Part shown: piece by piece, positions 16,753-26,388 of the stretch
Numbering within the stretch: position 1 is the stretch's first letter
Layout of the letters: each line of letters opens with the position of its first letter
Source: an uncultured Hyphomonadaceae bacterium
Lineage (GTDB): Bacteria; Pseudomonadota; Alphaproteobacteria; Caulobacterales; Hyphomonadaceae
DNA length: 38,502 bases
Direction of reading: 5' to 3'
NCBI GenBank assembly: GCA_964644395.1
Contig: CAZXWB010000001.1
Coordinates: forward strand, 1 to 38,502
Notes under the pieces: generated by a model
What the model saw: the letters and a program-made list of their open reading frames with translations, nothing else
The model's database searches: none
What the model was told of the DNA's origin: nothing
Position numbers and translations under genes: made by a program

Positions 16753-17979
16753 TCAGACATGGTCTTGCAACCATGTCCGCGCGCTCTCGCGAAGAATGTC
16801 TCCAATGCGTTCATCACCAACCCCGTCGAAGGCTTCCGCCACATGGGCCTCGGTGAGCAGTGCCTTGGCCGCGCGCTCGGGAATGCCGCGCTGGCGCAGG
16901 TAGAAAAGCTGCGCCGGATCGATGGCGCCGCAGGTATTGCCATGGGCGCAGGCCACATCATCGGCATAGATTTCCAGCTCCGGCTTGGCATCCACCTCGG
17001 CGCCGTCCTCCAGCAGCAGCGCATTGTGCTGCATGTCGGCATCGGTGCGCTGGGCGATCCTGGCCACGTGGAACTTGCCCTGGAACACGCCCTTGCCGCC
17101 CTTGCGGGCAGCGCCCTTGGTGAGTTGCCGGGTCACGCAATCCTCTGCGCCGTGGCGAACATGGCTGGTGAAATCGGCATGGCGCCCCGCGCCCACGAGG
17201 TAGGCGGCGTTGAGCACGGCCTGGCAATTCACGCCGCGATGGGTCAGCCGTGTCTCCATCCGCGCGAGCCGGTCGCCGGTGGCGAGCGCGGTCTGGCGAA
17301 ACCGGCTGCCTTCATCGAGGTGGGCCACGGCGTTGATCGACTGCACCCCCTCCCCGCTGCCCGACTGGATCAGCACGCGCTCAAGGCTCGCGCCGTCCTG
17401 CAGGCCGAACTCCATGAGCGCAGCCGACAGGCCGGCTCCGCCCTGGTGGCTTTCCAGTACGGTGATCGAGGCCCCCGGTCGGACGACGATGACGATGCGG
17501 GCGAAATGGGCATCACCAGCCCCCTCGAAGACGAGCTGTAGGGGTTGCCTGATCTCGGCATTCACCTCGATCATCAGCGCGCCGGGATTGTCCGCCAGCG
17601 CCGCCGTCAGCGCGCCCATGGGCATGTCCTCGGCCCCGCCAAAGGCCTGGCCGCCCGGTTTCATGAAGGCCCGCAGGCCCTCCGGAAACTCCGGCAGGAC
17701 CGGCTCGCGACCGGGACGAAGGGTGATGACCGGCCCGTCAATCGGCGCGAAGGGCGAGACTGCGGGCCGGGCTTCGACGGGGTCGATCTGGCTGAGGGCA
17801 GCGCGGAAATCGCTCCACTTCCAACCCTCCATCCGACGGTGCGGCAGGCCCGTGGCGGCAAATGCGCGGAAGGCCCGCTCCCGCGTGGCATCGTCGCTCA
17901 CCTCGGCGAAGCGCGCGATCAGTTCCAGTTCGGCGGCGTTCGGATCCTTGATGAGTTCGCGGACTTCGGCGACATCCAT
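16753..17979 (-). CDS. sufD: Fe-S cluster assembly protein SufD
   Basis: 408 aa. The C-terminal beta-helix region carries PELEIYADDVACAHGNTCGAID...LFYLRQRGI. This is the SufD-type (C/S)xHG motif rather than the SufB-type HEA motif. Confidence 0.9.
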   Translation of the reverse strand: MDVAEVRELIKDPNAAELELIARFAEVSDDATRERAFRAFAATGLPHRRMEGWKWSDFRAALSQIDPVEARPAVSPFAPIDGPVITLRPGREPVLPEFPEGLRAFMKPGGQAFGGAEDMPMGALTAALADNPGALMIEVNAEIRQPLQLVFEGAGDAHFARIVIVVRPGASITVLESHQGGAGLSAALMEFGLQDGASLERVLIQSGSGEGVQSINAVAHLDEGSRFRQTALATGDRLARMETRLTHRGVNCQAVLNAAYLVGAGRHADFTSHVRHGAEDCVTRQLTKGAARKGGKGVFQGKFHVARIAQRTDADMQHNALLLEDGAEVDAKPELEIYADDVACAHGNTCGAIDPAQLFYLRQRGIPERAAKALLTEAHVAEAFDGVGDERIGDILRESARTWLQDHV

Positions 17980-17980
17980 G

Positions 17981-18742
17981 TCAGGCCGCCTCCGCGATCA
18001 CGCCGTCATAGCCTTCCTTTTCCAGGCGCTCAGCGAGATCCGGGCCACCGGTCTTCAGGATGCGTCCGGACGCCAGCACATGCACCTTGTCCGGCTGGAT
18101 ATGGTCCAGCAGACGCTGGTAATGGGTGATGACGAGCATGCCACGCCCGGAACTGCGCAACGCATTGACGCCATCGGCGACGATCTTGAGCGCGTCGATA
18201 TCAAGCCCGGAATCGGTTTCGTCGAGCACGAGGAAGCGCGGCTCCATCATCATCATCTGGAAGATTTCCAGCCGCTTCTTCTCACCACCCGAAAAACCCA
18301 CATTCACCGGGCGCTTCAGCATGTCGGGCTCGATCTTCAGCGTGGCGGCCACCTCGCGCGCCTTCTTCAGGAAGTCCGGCGCGGAGATTTCCTCCTTCCC
18401 GCGCGCCTTGCGCTGGGCATTCATGGCGGTGCGCACAAAGGTCATAACCGGCACACCCGGTATCTCGACGGGATACTGGAAGGACAGGAACAGCCCTCTG
18501 GCGGCGCGCTCTTCCGGGTCGGTGCCCAGAATATCCTCGCCATCCAGCGTGGCCGTCCCACTGGTCACTTCGTAACCGTCACGTCCCGTCAGGACATAGG
18601 CCAGTGTCGACTTCCCCGACCCGTTCGGTCCCATGATCGCATGGACCTCCCCGGCCGGCACTTCCAGCGACAGCCCCTTGATGATCTCGGTGGCGTCGTC
18701 ATCCTCGCCCACGCGGGCGTGCAGTTGATCCAGTTTGAGCAT
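17981..18742 (-). CDS. sufC: Fe-S cluster assembly ATPase SufC
   Basis: I take the internal ATG at 18742, giving a 253-aa protein starting MLKLDQLHARV. It has Walker A GPNGSGKST, the ABC signature FSGGEKKR and Walker B LVLDETDSGLD. The 303-aa ORF-track version adds a non-homologous N-terminus. Confidence 0.95.
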   Translation of the reverse strand: MLKLDQLHARVGEDDDATEIIKGLSLEVPAGEVHAIMGPNGSGKSTLAYVLTGRDGYEVTSGTATLDGEDILGTDPEERAARGLFLSFQYPVEIPGVPVMTFVRTAMNAQRKARGKEEISAPDFLKKAREVAATLKIEPDMLKRPVNVGFSGGEKKRLEIFQMMMMEPRFLVLDETDSGLDIDALKIVADGVNALRSSGRGMLVITHYQRLLDHIQPDKVHVLASGRILKTGGPDLAERLEKEGYDGVIAEAA

Positions 18743-18767
18743 GACCGTGATATGGATGTTTTGCGAG

Positions 18768-18784
18768 GGATTTTCAAAGAAAAT
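18768..18784. promoter_or_regulatory. Perfect 7-3-7 inverted repeat (candidate operator) in the recO-sufC spacer
   Basis: GATTTTC-AAA-GAAAATC is the only AT-rich block in the 55-bp spacer. On the minus strand it overlaps a TTGAAA (-35-like) hexamer, with ATATCA 18 nt downstream, just before the sufC ATG. Confidence 0.35.
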
Positions 18785-18797
18785 CGGAAACGCCCTG

Positions 18798-19535
18798 TCA
18801 GGTCGCCAGGCCGTCGGCGGCGAGGCGCTCCAGCAGCCGGTACCTGGCCTCGGGCACGGTGCGGTGAACCTCGGCGAAAAGCCGGTGCTCAAGGAAGTGT
18901 CCGGTCAGGCGGAGCCCCTGCGCAACGGCCTGCGGCGTGGGCACCGCACTGTCACCGATCAGGAAACCCGGCAGGGGCAGGAGGCGATCGAGATAGTCCT
19001 CCGCAGCGCTGGCAGTCACCGCGCGACCCGTGCGCGGGCTGACATGGGTCAGGCCGTCATTGGCGCCGCTGATCGCGCAGCGGGCAAGGTCGAGCCCAAA
19101 CCCGAAGGCCCCGAGCACACCCACTTCCCAGCGCACATAGAGCGCCGGCCAGACCTCCCCGGTCACGATCTCGTCCAGGGTCAGGGAGGTGGCCTCGAAG
19201 AGCCCGCCGTGTTCATCGCCGTCCTGGAGCGTTTCGCGCAGGAGCGTGGTCACCGAGGCGATCGCCGCCAGGCGTGTGGGATCGTCGAGCACGCGGGCGG
19301 CCCGTGAGGTCACTTCCTCGCTCACCGAGAACCAGCCCAGGGCATCTTCGCTGCGCGCCTCCCAGGCCAGGCGCAGCGTGTTGCCGGGCTCGAAAAGGAC
19401 CCGCTTGGCCTTGGACGCGCCGCCATAGACCATGCCGGCCCTGCGCCCGTGGTCCTGTGTGAGCACATGGACGATTAGCCCGCTTTCGCCATAGAGGCGC
19501 GCACCGATGACGAGGCCTTCATCCTCCCAGCGCAT
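18798..19535 (-). CDS. recO: DNA repair protein RecO
   Basis: 245 aa with a RecO N-terminal OB-fold pattern (MRWEDEGLVIGARLYGESGLIVHVLT..HGR..G.V.GG). It sits in the conserved position after era. Confidence 0.9.
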   Translation of the reverse strand: MRWEDEGLVIGARLYGESGLIVHVLTQDHGRRAGMVYGGASKAKRVLFEPGNTLRLAWEARSEDALGWFSVSEEVTSRAARVLDDPTRLAAIASVTTLLRETLQDGDEHGGLFEATSLTLDEIVTGEVWPALYVRWEVGVLGAFGFGLDLARCAISGANDGLTHVSPRTGRAVTASAAEDYLDRLLPLPGFLIGDSAVPTPQAVAQGLRLTGHFLEHRLFAEVHRTVPEARYRLLERLAADGLAT

Positions 19536-19546
19536 GGACCCTCGGA

Positions 19547-20488
19547 TCAGACATCGAATTCCAGTCCAAAGCTCGCATAATTCTCCCGCCGTTCCATCCA
19601 GCGCGGATCGACCTTCACGAACAGGAACAGATGGACCTTCGTGCCGAGCATGTCAGACAGCTCCTCGCGGGCGGCTGCGCCCACCTGTTTGATCACCTGG
19701 CCGCCCTTGCCGAGCACCATGGGCTTGTGGCTTTCGCGGGCCACCATGACCACCTGCTGCACGCGCACCTCGCCATTGCGCAGGGTCTCCCATGTCTCGG
19801 TCTCCACGGCGAGCTGATAGGGCAGTTCCTCGTGCAGGCGCAGCATGAGCTTTTCCCGCGTGATCTCGGCGGCCAGCAGGCGCTGCGGAAGGTCGGCGGG
19901 CTGGTCCTGCGGGTACAGCGCGGGGCCGTCCGGCATCCGGGCCGACAGCGCAGCGGCGAGGCGATCCATGCCGTCACCGTTTTCCGCGGAAACCGGGAAG
20001 ACCTCGTCATACACGCCGGTCTCGTTCAGCGCCGCAATGACGGGCAGGACTTCCCCATGGGGAAAGAGGTCGATCTTGTTCAGCGCCAGGAGCGCTGTCT
20101 TGCCGGCCTGTTTCAGCCCCTCCACCACGCGGCGGTCATCCTCAAGGGATTTGACCTGAGCGGGGCTGGCCCTATCACGCCCATCGGCCACCCAGGCACT
20201 CGCATCGACGAGGTGCAGGATGACGTCGGCGTCCTCCGCGCCGGTCCAGGCGGCGTGCACCATGGCGCGGTCGAGCCGCTTATTCGCCTGGAAGATGCCT
20301 GGCGTATCCATCAGGACAAGCTGGGCGTCATCCAGCTGGACGATGCCGCGGATCGGAAATCGCGTCGTTTGGACCTTGTGGGTGACGATGGCAACCTTTT
20401 GGCCGACCAGCCGGTTCACCAGCGTGGACTTGCCAGCATTCGGCGCGCCGATGACCGCCACGAAGCCCGCACGCCTGATCTCGCTCAT
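19547..20488 (-). CDS. era: GTPase Era
   Basis: 313 aa with G1 GAPNAGKST, G3 DTPG, G4 NKID and a C-terminal KH domain. Confidence 0.95.
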   Translation of the reverse strand: MSEIRRAGFVAVIGAPNAGKSTLVNRLVGQKVAIVTHKVQTTRFPIRGIVQLDDAQLVLMDTPGIFQANKRLDRAMVHAAWTGAEDADVILHLVDASAWVADGRDRASPAQVKSLEDDRRVVEGLKQAGKTALLALNKIDLFPHGEVLPVIAALNETGVYDEVFPVSAENGDGMDRLAAALSARMPDGPALYPQDQPADLPQRLLAAEITREKLMLRLHEELPYQLAVETETWETLRNGEVRVQQVVMVARESHKPMVLGKGGQVIKQVGAAAREELSDMLGTKVHLFLFVKVDPRWMERRENYASFGLEFDV

Positions 20489-21243
20489 GCGCCGCCGGCC
20501 TCTTCGGCAATGAACGCCAGCAGGGCAGCGGCGGCGGCGCGTTCGGCGTCCTGCTTGCTCGTACCGGTTCCCTCGGCCTCCCCGATACCGTCGACAGCGA
20601 CTCGCACCCGGAATTCCGGGGCATGGTCGGGCCCGGACCGGTCAATGACTGTATAGGCGGGCAAGTGCAGCCGGCGACCGAGGACATGCTCCTGCAGGGC
20701 GGTTTTCGGATCGGTGCGTGAACCGGTGAGGCCCTTGATGCGCCCCGCCCAGTGCTTCTCGATGAAGGCGCGCGCCGGCTTCAGCCCGCCGTCGCGGTAG
20801 AGCGCGGCGATCAGCGCTTCACAGAGATCGGCATTGACGCCGTCGGCTTCCAGCACGCCGTTTTCACGTTCCGATTCACCGGCAACCATATATCGTGACA
20901 GGTCGAGCTCGCGCATCACCTCAGCGCAGGTCTGGCGGTCGACGAGCGAATTCAGCCGGCGCGCGAGGCCGCCCTCCTTGGCGCCTTCGAAACGCTCCAT
21001 CAGCCAGTCGGCAATGACCAGGCCGAGCACCCGGTCGCCGAGGAATTCGAGCCTCTGATTGGACGCAAGCCCCATGGCCCCTGTCGCCGAGCCGTGGGTC
21101 ATGGCCCGTACCAGCCACTGGCGATCCCTGAACCTGTGGCCAAGCGCGGCTTCTACCGCCTCGATGGAGGTCTCCGGCAGGATCGCCTGTCGCAGTTTCG
21201 CGCCGGCGCGCTGGCGCGTGCGTTTGGGACGCGCGAAAGTCAT
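20485..21243 (-). CDS. rnc: Ribonuclease III
   Basis: 252 aa with the RNase III signature [13 protein letters not shown] and a C-terminal dsRBD ([10 protein letters not shown]...[14 protein letters not shown]). There is a 4-nt overlap with era. Confidence 0.93.
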   Translation of the reverse strand: MTFARPKRTRQRAGAKLRQAILPETSIEAVEAALGHRFRDRQWLVRAMTHGSATGAMGLASNQRLEFLGDRVLGLVIADWLMERFEGAKEGGLARRLNSLVDRQTCAEVMRELDLSRYMVAGESERENGVLEADGVNADLCEALIAALYRDGGLKPARAFIEKHWAGRIKGLTGSRTDPKTALQEHVLGRRLHLPAYTVIDRSGPDHAPEFRVRVAVDGIGEAEGTGTSKQDAERAAAAALLAFIAEEAGGA

Positions 21244-21653
21244 CCGGGCACCTCCAGAGGTCGCCCCTCGATCATGACCAGCGCCTGGGCGTAGGGGAAA
21301 TCGTCAGTCAGTGTCAGGTGGACATGGGCTTCGAAGCCAAGCGGCGTGATCTCGCGCAGGCGCGTCGCCGCGCCACCAATGAGATCCAGGGTTGGCGCGC
21401 CGGTGGGCAGGTTGACCACGCCCATATGCTGCCAGTGAACGCCGCGACGGGGCACGCCGGTGCCAAGCGCCTTGGCGCAGGCTTCCTTGGCGGCGAAGCG
21501 CTTGGCATAGGTTTCGGCCCTGCGGCGCCGACGATCGGCCAGCGCGCGCTCGGTCTCAGTGAAGACACGCCGGGTGAACCGGTCGCCGAACCGCTCCAGC
21601 GTTGTCTCGAAACGGCGGATGTCGGCGAGGTCCTGGCCGATACCGATGATCAT
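21240..21653 (-). CDS. acpS: Holo-[acyl-carrier-protein] synthase
   Basis: 137 aa starting [14 protein letters not shown], with [14 protein letters not shown]. There is a 4-nt overlap with rnc. Confidence 0.9.
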   Translation of the reverse strand: MIIGIGQDLADIRRFETTLERFGDRFTRRVFTETERALADRRRRRAETYAKRFAAKEACAKALGTGVPRRGVHWQHMGVVNLPTGAPTLDLIGGAATRLREITPLGFEAHVHLTLTDDFPYAQALVMIEGRPLEVPG

Positions 21654-22420
21654 TCCGCCGCCTCTTCGCCGGTCTCCACCGCGCGGGCCTCATCCATGTG
21701 GCGTCGCATTTCGCGGATGGCAGCGTCGAGGCCGACGAGGATCGCCTCGCCGACGAGGAAATGGCCGATGTTCAGTTCGGCAATTTCCGGGATCGCGGCG
21801 ATGGGGCCCACATTGTCAAAGGTCAGGCCGTGGCCGGCATGGGGTTCGATGCCGCGGGCCCTGGCGAGCTTCGCGGCCTTGGCGATGCGCTGGCGCTCCG
21901 GCTCTGCGGCCTCGGCACCGCCCTCCAGCCAGAGCTCGGCATAGCGGCCGGTATGAAACTCCACCACCGGCGCTCCGAGCACTTCGGCGCCCGCGATCTG
22001 GCGTGCATCGGGTTCGATGAAGAGCGAGACGCGCGCACCTGCCTGACGCAACGCCTCGACGGTCGGCGCGACTTGTTTGTGCATGCCGGCCACATTCAGC
22101 CCGCCCTCGGTGGTGCGTTCCTCGCGCTTCTCCGGCACCAGGCAAGCCGCCTGCGGCCGGAAGCCTGTCGCGATGCGCATCATCTCGTCGGTCGCAGCCA
22201 TTTCAAGATTGATCGGCAGGGACGTCGCCCTGCGGATCGCGTCAAGGTCGCCATCGCGAATGTGGCGGCGGTCCTCGCGCAGGTGGATGGTGATGCCATC
22301 GGCCCCGGCGGCCTCGGCAATCTCGGCGGCCCGGCGCGGGTCGGGATGGTTGCCACCGCGCGCATTACGCACCGTGGCCACATGGTCGATATTGACTCCG
22401 AGGCGCAGTCGCTCCGTCAT
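21650..22420 (-). CDS. pdxJ: Pyridoxine 5'-phosphate synthase
   Basis: 256 aa with [29 protein letters not shown] and ELNIGH. Confidence 0.95.
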   Translation of the reverse strand: MTERLRLGVNIDHVATVRNARGGNHPDPRRAAEIAEAAGADGITIHLREDRRHIRDGDLDAIRRATSLPINLEMAATDEMMRIATGFRPQAACLVPEKREERTTEGGLNVAGMHKQVAPTVEALRQAGARVSLFIEPDARQIAGAEVLGAPVVEFHTGRYAELWLEGGAEAAEPERQRIAKAAKLARARGIEPHAGHGLTFDNVGPIAAIPEIAELNIGHFLVGEAILVGLDAAIREMRRHMDEARAVETGEEAAE

Positions 22421-23001
22421 CAGGCAAGCCCCCTCGATCCGGGTTTGACAGCGGGAATATCGGCCAGTTCCGGCGGCAGCGCGTCGGCCGGATAGTCGGG
22501 GAAGTCGACTTCCGCCAGCGACAGGAGCCGGCAGCCCACATCGGCGCGTCCGCCCGAACGGTCGATGATACAGGCCCCGCCCACGGTTTCACCGGGCAGG
22601 CCGTCCAGCGCCGCCACGGTTTCCCGGAAGGACAGGCCGGTGGTGACGATGTCCTCCATGATCAGCACACGGTCTGTCTCGCCGATCGCGAAACCGCGCC
22701 GGAACTGTAGCGTCCCGTCCACGCGTTCGGCGAAGACGGCGCGCGCACCGGCCTGGCGCGCCATCTCGTAACCCGGAATGATGCCGCCCACCGCCGGTCC
22801 GGCCACGACATCGATCGGTCCGAATGTGGCTGCCACCTTGGAGGCCAGCGCCGCACACAGTTTCTCGGACAGTTCGGGACGCGAAAACACGAGCGCCTTT
22901 TGCAGGAAGACCGGGCTCCGTCGTCCTGACGACAGGATGAAATGGCCCCTCAGCAGCGCACCGGCCGCCTCGAATGTCTCCAGGACCTCATCGGTGTTCA
23001 T
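22420..23001 (-). CDS. pyrE: Orotate phosphoribosyltransferase
   Basis: 193 aa with the PRPP-binding motif [11 protein letters not shown] and the N-terminal [12 protein letters not shown]. Confidence 0.92.
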   Translation of the reverse strand: MNTDEVLETFEAAGALLRGHFILSSGRRSPVFLQKALVFSRPELSEKLCAALASKVAATFGPIDVVAGPAVGGIIPGYEMARQAGARAVFAERVDGTLQFRRGFAIGETDRVLIMEDIVTTGLSFRETVAALDGLPGETVGGACIIDRSGGRADVGCRLLSLAEVDFPDYPADALPPELADIPAVKPGSRGLA

Positions 23002-25268
23002 GCACGAAACTCCTCACGCAACCTTTCAGCCCTATCGACGACGGCAAGCGTGCGCAGGGCCGCCAGAATCTGGTTCAGGCGCCTGAGGTCCTCGATTTCG
23101 ATCCCGAAGGTCAAGTCGATATAGTCGTGGCTGCGCTCGCCGGTGTGGAGATCGACAATGTTTCCATTGGCCTGGGCCACCGCCGAGCAGAGCGTCGCGA
23201 GCACGCCGCGCTTGTTGAACGCCGACACCCGGATCCGCGCCTTCGCCACGACATCGTGGCTGGCAAGTTCGGTCCAGCCGAGATCGACCCAGCGGTCCGG
23301 ATGGGATTCGTATTTCTCAAGACGCGGGCAATCGATGGCATGGACCGATAGCCCGCGGCCCTTGACCCGGATCCCGATGATGCGGTCGCCGGGCACCGGG
23401 CTGCAGCACTCCTCCAGATGGACCGCGGTTCCCGGCGTCAGCCCTTCGCCCTCCACCGCCAGCGCGGCGAAGTCGTCATCAATGGGGCGCTTGTCGGTGG
23501 CCGGCAGGCGTTCCAGTTCGTGACCCGGAAACGCCGCATCGAGCACGTCATCGACATCAATGCGCGACTGGCCGAGCGCCTCGTGCATCGCATCGACACC
23601 ACCCAGCCCCGTGGCGTGGGACACCCGGGCGAGGTCGACTTCGAGGGGATCGAAGCCGGCCGCGCGCAGGGCGCGCTCCAGCAGGTCCCGGCCCAGCTGG
23701 CGATAGGCGGCGGCGTCCTTCTGGCGGCGCAGCTTGCGCTGGGCGACGAGGGCCTTGTGGGTCACTGCAAGCCCTTCGGCCCCGCGCAGGGGCGCCGGCG
23801 TCTCGCCGCGCAGGATTTCCACAACGTCACCATTCTGCAGCACCGTGCGCAGTGAGCGCTGCTCGCCATTGATCCGTGCGCCGCTGCACGTATCCCCGAT
23901 CCCGGTGTGCACCGCATAGGCAAAATCGAGCGGCATGGCGCCCGAGGGCAGTATGATCAGCCGGCCCTTGGGCGTGAACGCAAACACCACGTCGCGGTAC
24001 ATTTCGAGCTTGGCCTGCTCGAGATACTGCAGCGGATCCTCGCCATGCTCCATGATGTCGGCGAAGGTGCGCAGCGAGAACTCGGTGTTCAGGCCGGCAT
24101 TCTCGGCGGCGGCGCGGTCAAAGCCATAGGCGGCATTCTTGTAGCGCCAGTGCGCCGCCACGCCGCGCTCGGCGATGTCGTGCATGTCCTCGGTGCGCAT
24201 CTGGATTTCCACACGCCGGTTGCCGGCGGCGATCACGGTTGTGTGCAGCGACCTGTAGCCATTGGGCTTCGGCACGGAAATGAAATCGCGAAACCGGTCC
24301 GGCACGATCGCCCAAGCCTGGTGGATGATGCCGAGGGCGCGATAGCAATCGGCGGTGTCCCCCACGATGACGCGGAAGGCGAAAATGTCGGCGATCTCGC
24401 TGAAGGACTGGTTCTTGCGCTCCAGCTTGCGCCAGATCGAATAGGCCGATTTCCGGCGACCCAGTAAGCGGCAGCGCACACCGTGCCGATCCATCATCTC
24501 GCTCAGCCGGTCGCGGATCCGCTCCAGGTCGGCACCTGACTCAGCCTCCAGTTCATCCAGCCGCAGGATGATCGCCTTGCGCGCATCGGGAAAGAGCTCG
24601 GCAAAGGACAGCTCCTCCATATGGCTGGCATAGACCGCCAGGCCCACACGCCGGGCAAGGGGCGCGAAGATTTCCAGCGTCTCCCGGGCGATGCGGGCGC
24701 GCTTTTCCGGCTTCTTGAGGAAATGCAGCGTGCGGATATTGTGCAGACGGTCGGCGAGCTTGATCAGCAGGACCCGAACATCCTCGATCGTCGCCAGGAT
24801 GAACTTCTGGAAGTTCTCCGCCTGCTTGGTCTCCTCGGAGCGGTATTCGAGCCGCGTGAGCTTGGTTACGCCATCGACAAGGTCGGCGACATCCCCGCCA
24901 AAGCGATCGGCAAGGTCGGCGAGGCTCACATCGGTGTCTTCCACCGTATCGTGCAGCAGCCCGGCGATGATGGTGGACTGGTCGAGTTTCAGGTCCGCCA
25001 GCAGGCCGGCCACGGCCACGGGGTGGGCGTAATAGGGATCGCCCGAAGCCCGCTTCTGGCTGCCATGTTTCTGAACCGCGAAGACATAGGCGGCGTTCAA
25101 CGCATCCTCGTCGGCGTCGGGCTGGTAGGCCAGCACCTTGTCCACGAGTTCGTACTGCCGCAGGAAACCCGTGGTCTGTCGCGGCAAATCGGCGGAGTCG
25201 AAAATGCCTCCAGCGTCCGGGCCTGGAGGCATTCCCTTCGTGTTCGGTGCGATGTGTCCCTCGGCCAT
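22998..25268 (-). CDS. spoT: Bifunctional (p)ppGpp synthetase/hydrolase (RSH, SpoT/Rel)
   Basis: 756 aa with an HD hydrolase domain (HPVAVAGLL...LHDTVEDT), a synthetase domain (YRSLHTTV), and TGS and ACT regions. AAGGA lies 11 nt upstream of ATG 25268. Confidence 0.95.
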   Translation of the reverse strand: MAEGHIAPNTKGMPPGPDAGGIFDSADLPRQTTGFLRQYELVDKVLAYQPDADEDALNAAYVFAVQKHGSQKRASGDPYYAHPVAVAGLLADLKLDQSTIIAGLLHDTVEDTDVSLADLADRFGGDVADLVDGVTKLTRLEYRSEETKQAENFQKFILATIEDVRVLLIKLADRLHNIRTLHFLKKPEKRARIARETLEIFAPLARRVGLAVYASHMEELSFAELFPDARKAIILRLDELEAESGADLERIRDRLSEMMDRHGVRCRLLGRRKSAYSIWRKLERKNQSFSEIADIFAFRVIVGDTADCYRALGIIHQAWAIVPDRFRDFISVPKPNGYRSLHTTVIAAGNRRVEIQMRTEDMHDIAERGVAAHWRYKNAAYGFDRAAAENAGLNTEFSLRTFADIMEHGEDPLQYLEQAKLEMYRDVVFAFTPKGRLIILPSGAMPLDFAYAVHTGIGDTCSGARINGEQRSLRTVLQNGDVVEILRGETPAPLRGAEGLAVTHKALVAQRKLRRQKDAAAYRQLGRDLLERALRAAGFDPLEVDLARVSHATGLGGVDAMHEALGQSRIDVDDVLDAAFPGHELERLPATDKRPIDDDFAALAVEGEGLTPGTAVHLEECCSPVPGDRIIGIRVKGRGLSVHAIDCPRLEKYESHPDRWVDLGWTELASHDVVAKARIRVSAFNKRGVLATLCSAVAQANGNIVDLHTGERSHDYIDLTFGIEIEDLRRLNQILAALRTLAVVDRAERLREEFRA

Positions 25269-25284
25269 GGCGGGGACAATCCTT

Positions 25285-25635
25285 CTAGTAGCGGTCGTCG
25301 CGCGCGGACTCGATCTCTGCCTGGTAGGCCTTGAGGATGTCCTCCTCCGACGCCACCGGGGTTGCAGTCAGGGCCTTGGCGTCCTCCTCACGCTCCGATT
25401 CCTCGGTCGGCTGGACCTCCTGAAGGTTGGAGACATAGGATTCGCGCACGTCCTCCAACGCCACGCTGTCCTCGGCGATCTCGCGCAGCGCCACCACCGG
25501 ATCCTTGTCATTGTCCCGGTCCACCGTCAGCGGCGACCCCTGGCGGATCATTCGCGCGCGATGGGCCGCGAGGAGCACGAGGTTGAAGCGATTGGGGACT
25601 TTTTCGATGCAGTCTTCGACTGTCACTCGGGCCAT
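25285..25635 (-). CDS. rpoZ: DNA-directed RNA polymerase subunit omega
   Basis: 116 aa starting [28 protein letters not shown]. Confidence 0.93.
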   Translation of the reverse strand: MARVTVEDCIEKVPNRFNLVLLAAHRARMIRQGSPLTVDRDNDKDPVVALREIAEDSVALEDVRESYVSNLQEVQPTEESEREEDAKALTATPVASEEDILKAYQAEIESARDDRY

Positions 25636-25827
25636 GAAGCTTTCTCCGTCAAACCTTCTGTTTAGCGCCCACCGGCGGGGGAATCAACCAGCCAGACTGC
25701 GCGCCGGACTGATAAAGCCATCCCAGAGCAGGTACAGCCGCCCGGCTTGCCCGCGCAGTCCGCGTGGTCTAATCGCTTCAGGCATTGTCACAACACTGAC
25801 ATTTTGGATCATGAATTGGAGGACATC

Positions 25828-26388
25828 ATGGCATTCTACGCCTCAGAGCGCCTGGCGCTCTTCATTGACGGGGCCAATCTCTATTCCGCCGCCAAGGCGC
25901 TCGGCGTGGAGATCGATTACCGCAAGCTGCTGAACGAGTTCCGCGGCAAGGGCCGCCTCCTGCGCGCCTACTATTACACCGCCCTGCTTGACACCGAGGA
26001 TTACTCCCCGATCCGCAAGCTGGTGGATTGGCTGCAGTATAATGGCTTCAACCTCGTCACCAAGACGGCGCGGGAGTTCACCGACCGCGAGGGGCGCCGC
26101 CGCATCAAGGGCAATATGGACGTGGAACTGACCGTGGACATCATGGAGATCACCAGCCATGTCGATCACATCGTGCTGTTCTCAGGTGACGGAGATTTCC
26201 TGCGCCTGGTGGAGGCCGTGAAGGCCAAGGGCGTGCGCGTATCGGTGGTCTCCACCATTGAAAGCTCCCCGCCCATGGCGTCCGACGAATTGCGCCGGGC
26301 CGCCGACAGCTTCATCGACCTTGCCGACCTTGCCGGTTCGGTCACGCGTCCGCGCCGCGAATACAACGATGACGACCGCGACAACTGA
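25828..26388 (+). CDS. NYN-domain (LabA/DUF88-like) protein, predicted RNase fold
   Basis: I take ATG 25828 with GGAGGA 5 nt upstream. The 186-aa protein has LALFIDGANLY...GNMDVELTVD...IVLFSGDGDF, typical of LabA-like NYN domains. Confidence 0.85.
   Translation: MAFYASERLALFIDGANLYSAAKALGVEIDYRKLLNEFRGKGRLLRAYYYTALLDTEDYSPIRKLVDWLQYNGFNLVTKTAREFTDREGRRRIKGNMDVELTVDIMEITSHVDHIVLFSGDGDFLRLVEAVKAKGVRVSVVSTIESSPPMASDELRRAADSFIDLADLAGSVTRPRREYNDDDRDN

Noticed and set aside
17981-18892. The 303-aa version of sufC extending into recO, and likewise the 198-aa version of the small secreted protein (13005-13601).
   Set aside because: Homology to SufC begins exactly at the internal Met (MLKLDQL), and the extension would overlap the recO 3' end. 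For the small protein, only the internal ATG has an RBS and yields a signal peptide.
26258-26368. An upstream extension of the UDG ORF that overlaps the NYN gene by 131 nt.
   Set aside because: The extension is a Pro/Arg/Thr-rich out-of-frame translation of the NYN coding sequence. ATG 26369 precedes the conserved Cys-containing N-terminus.
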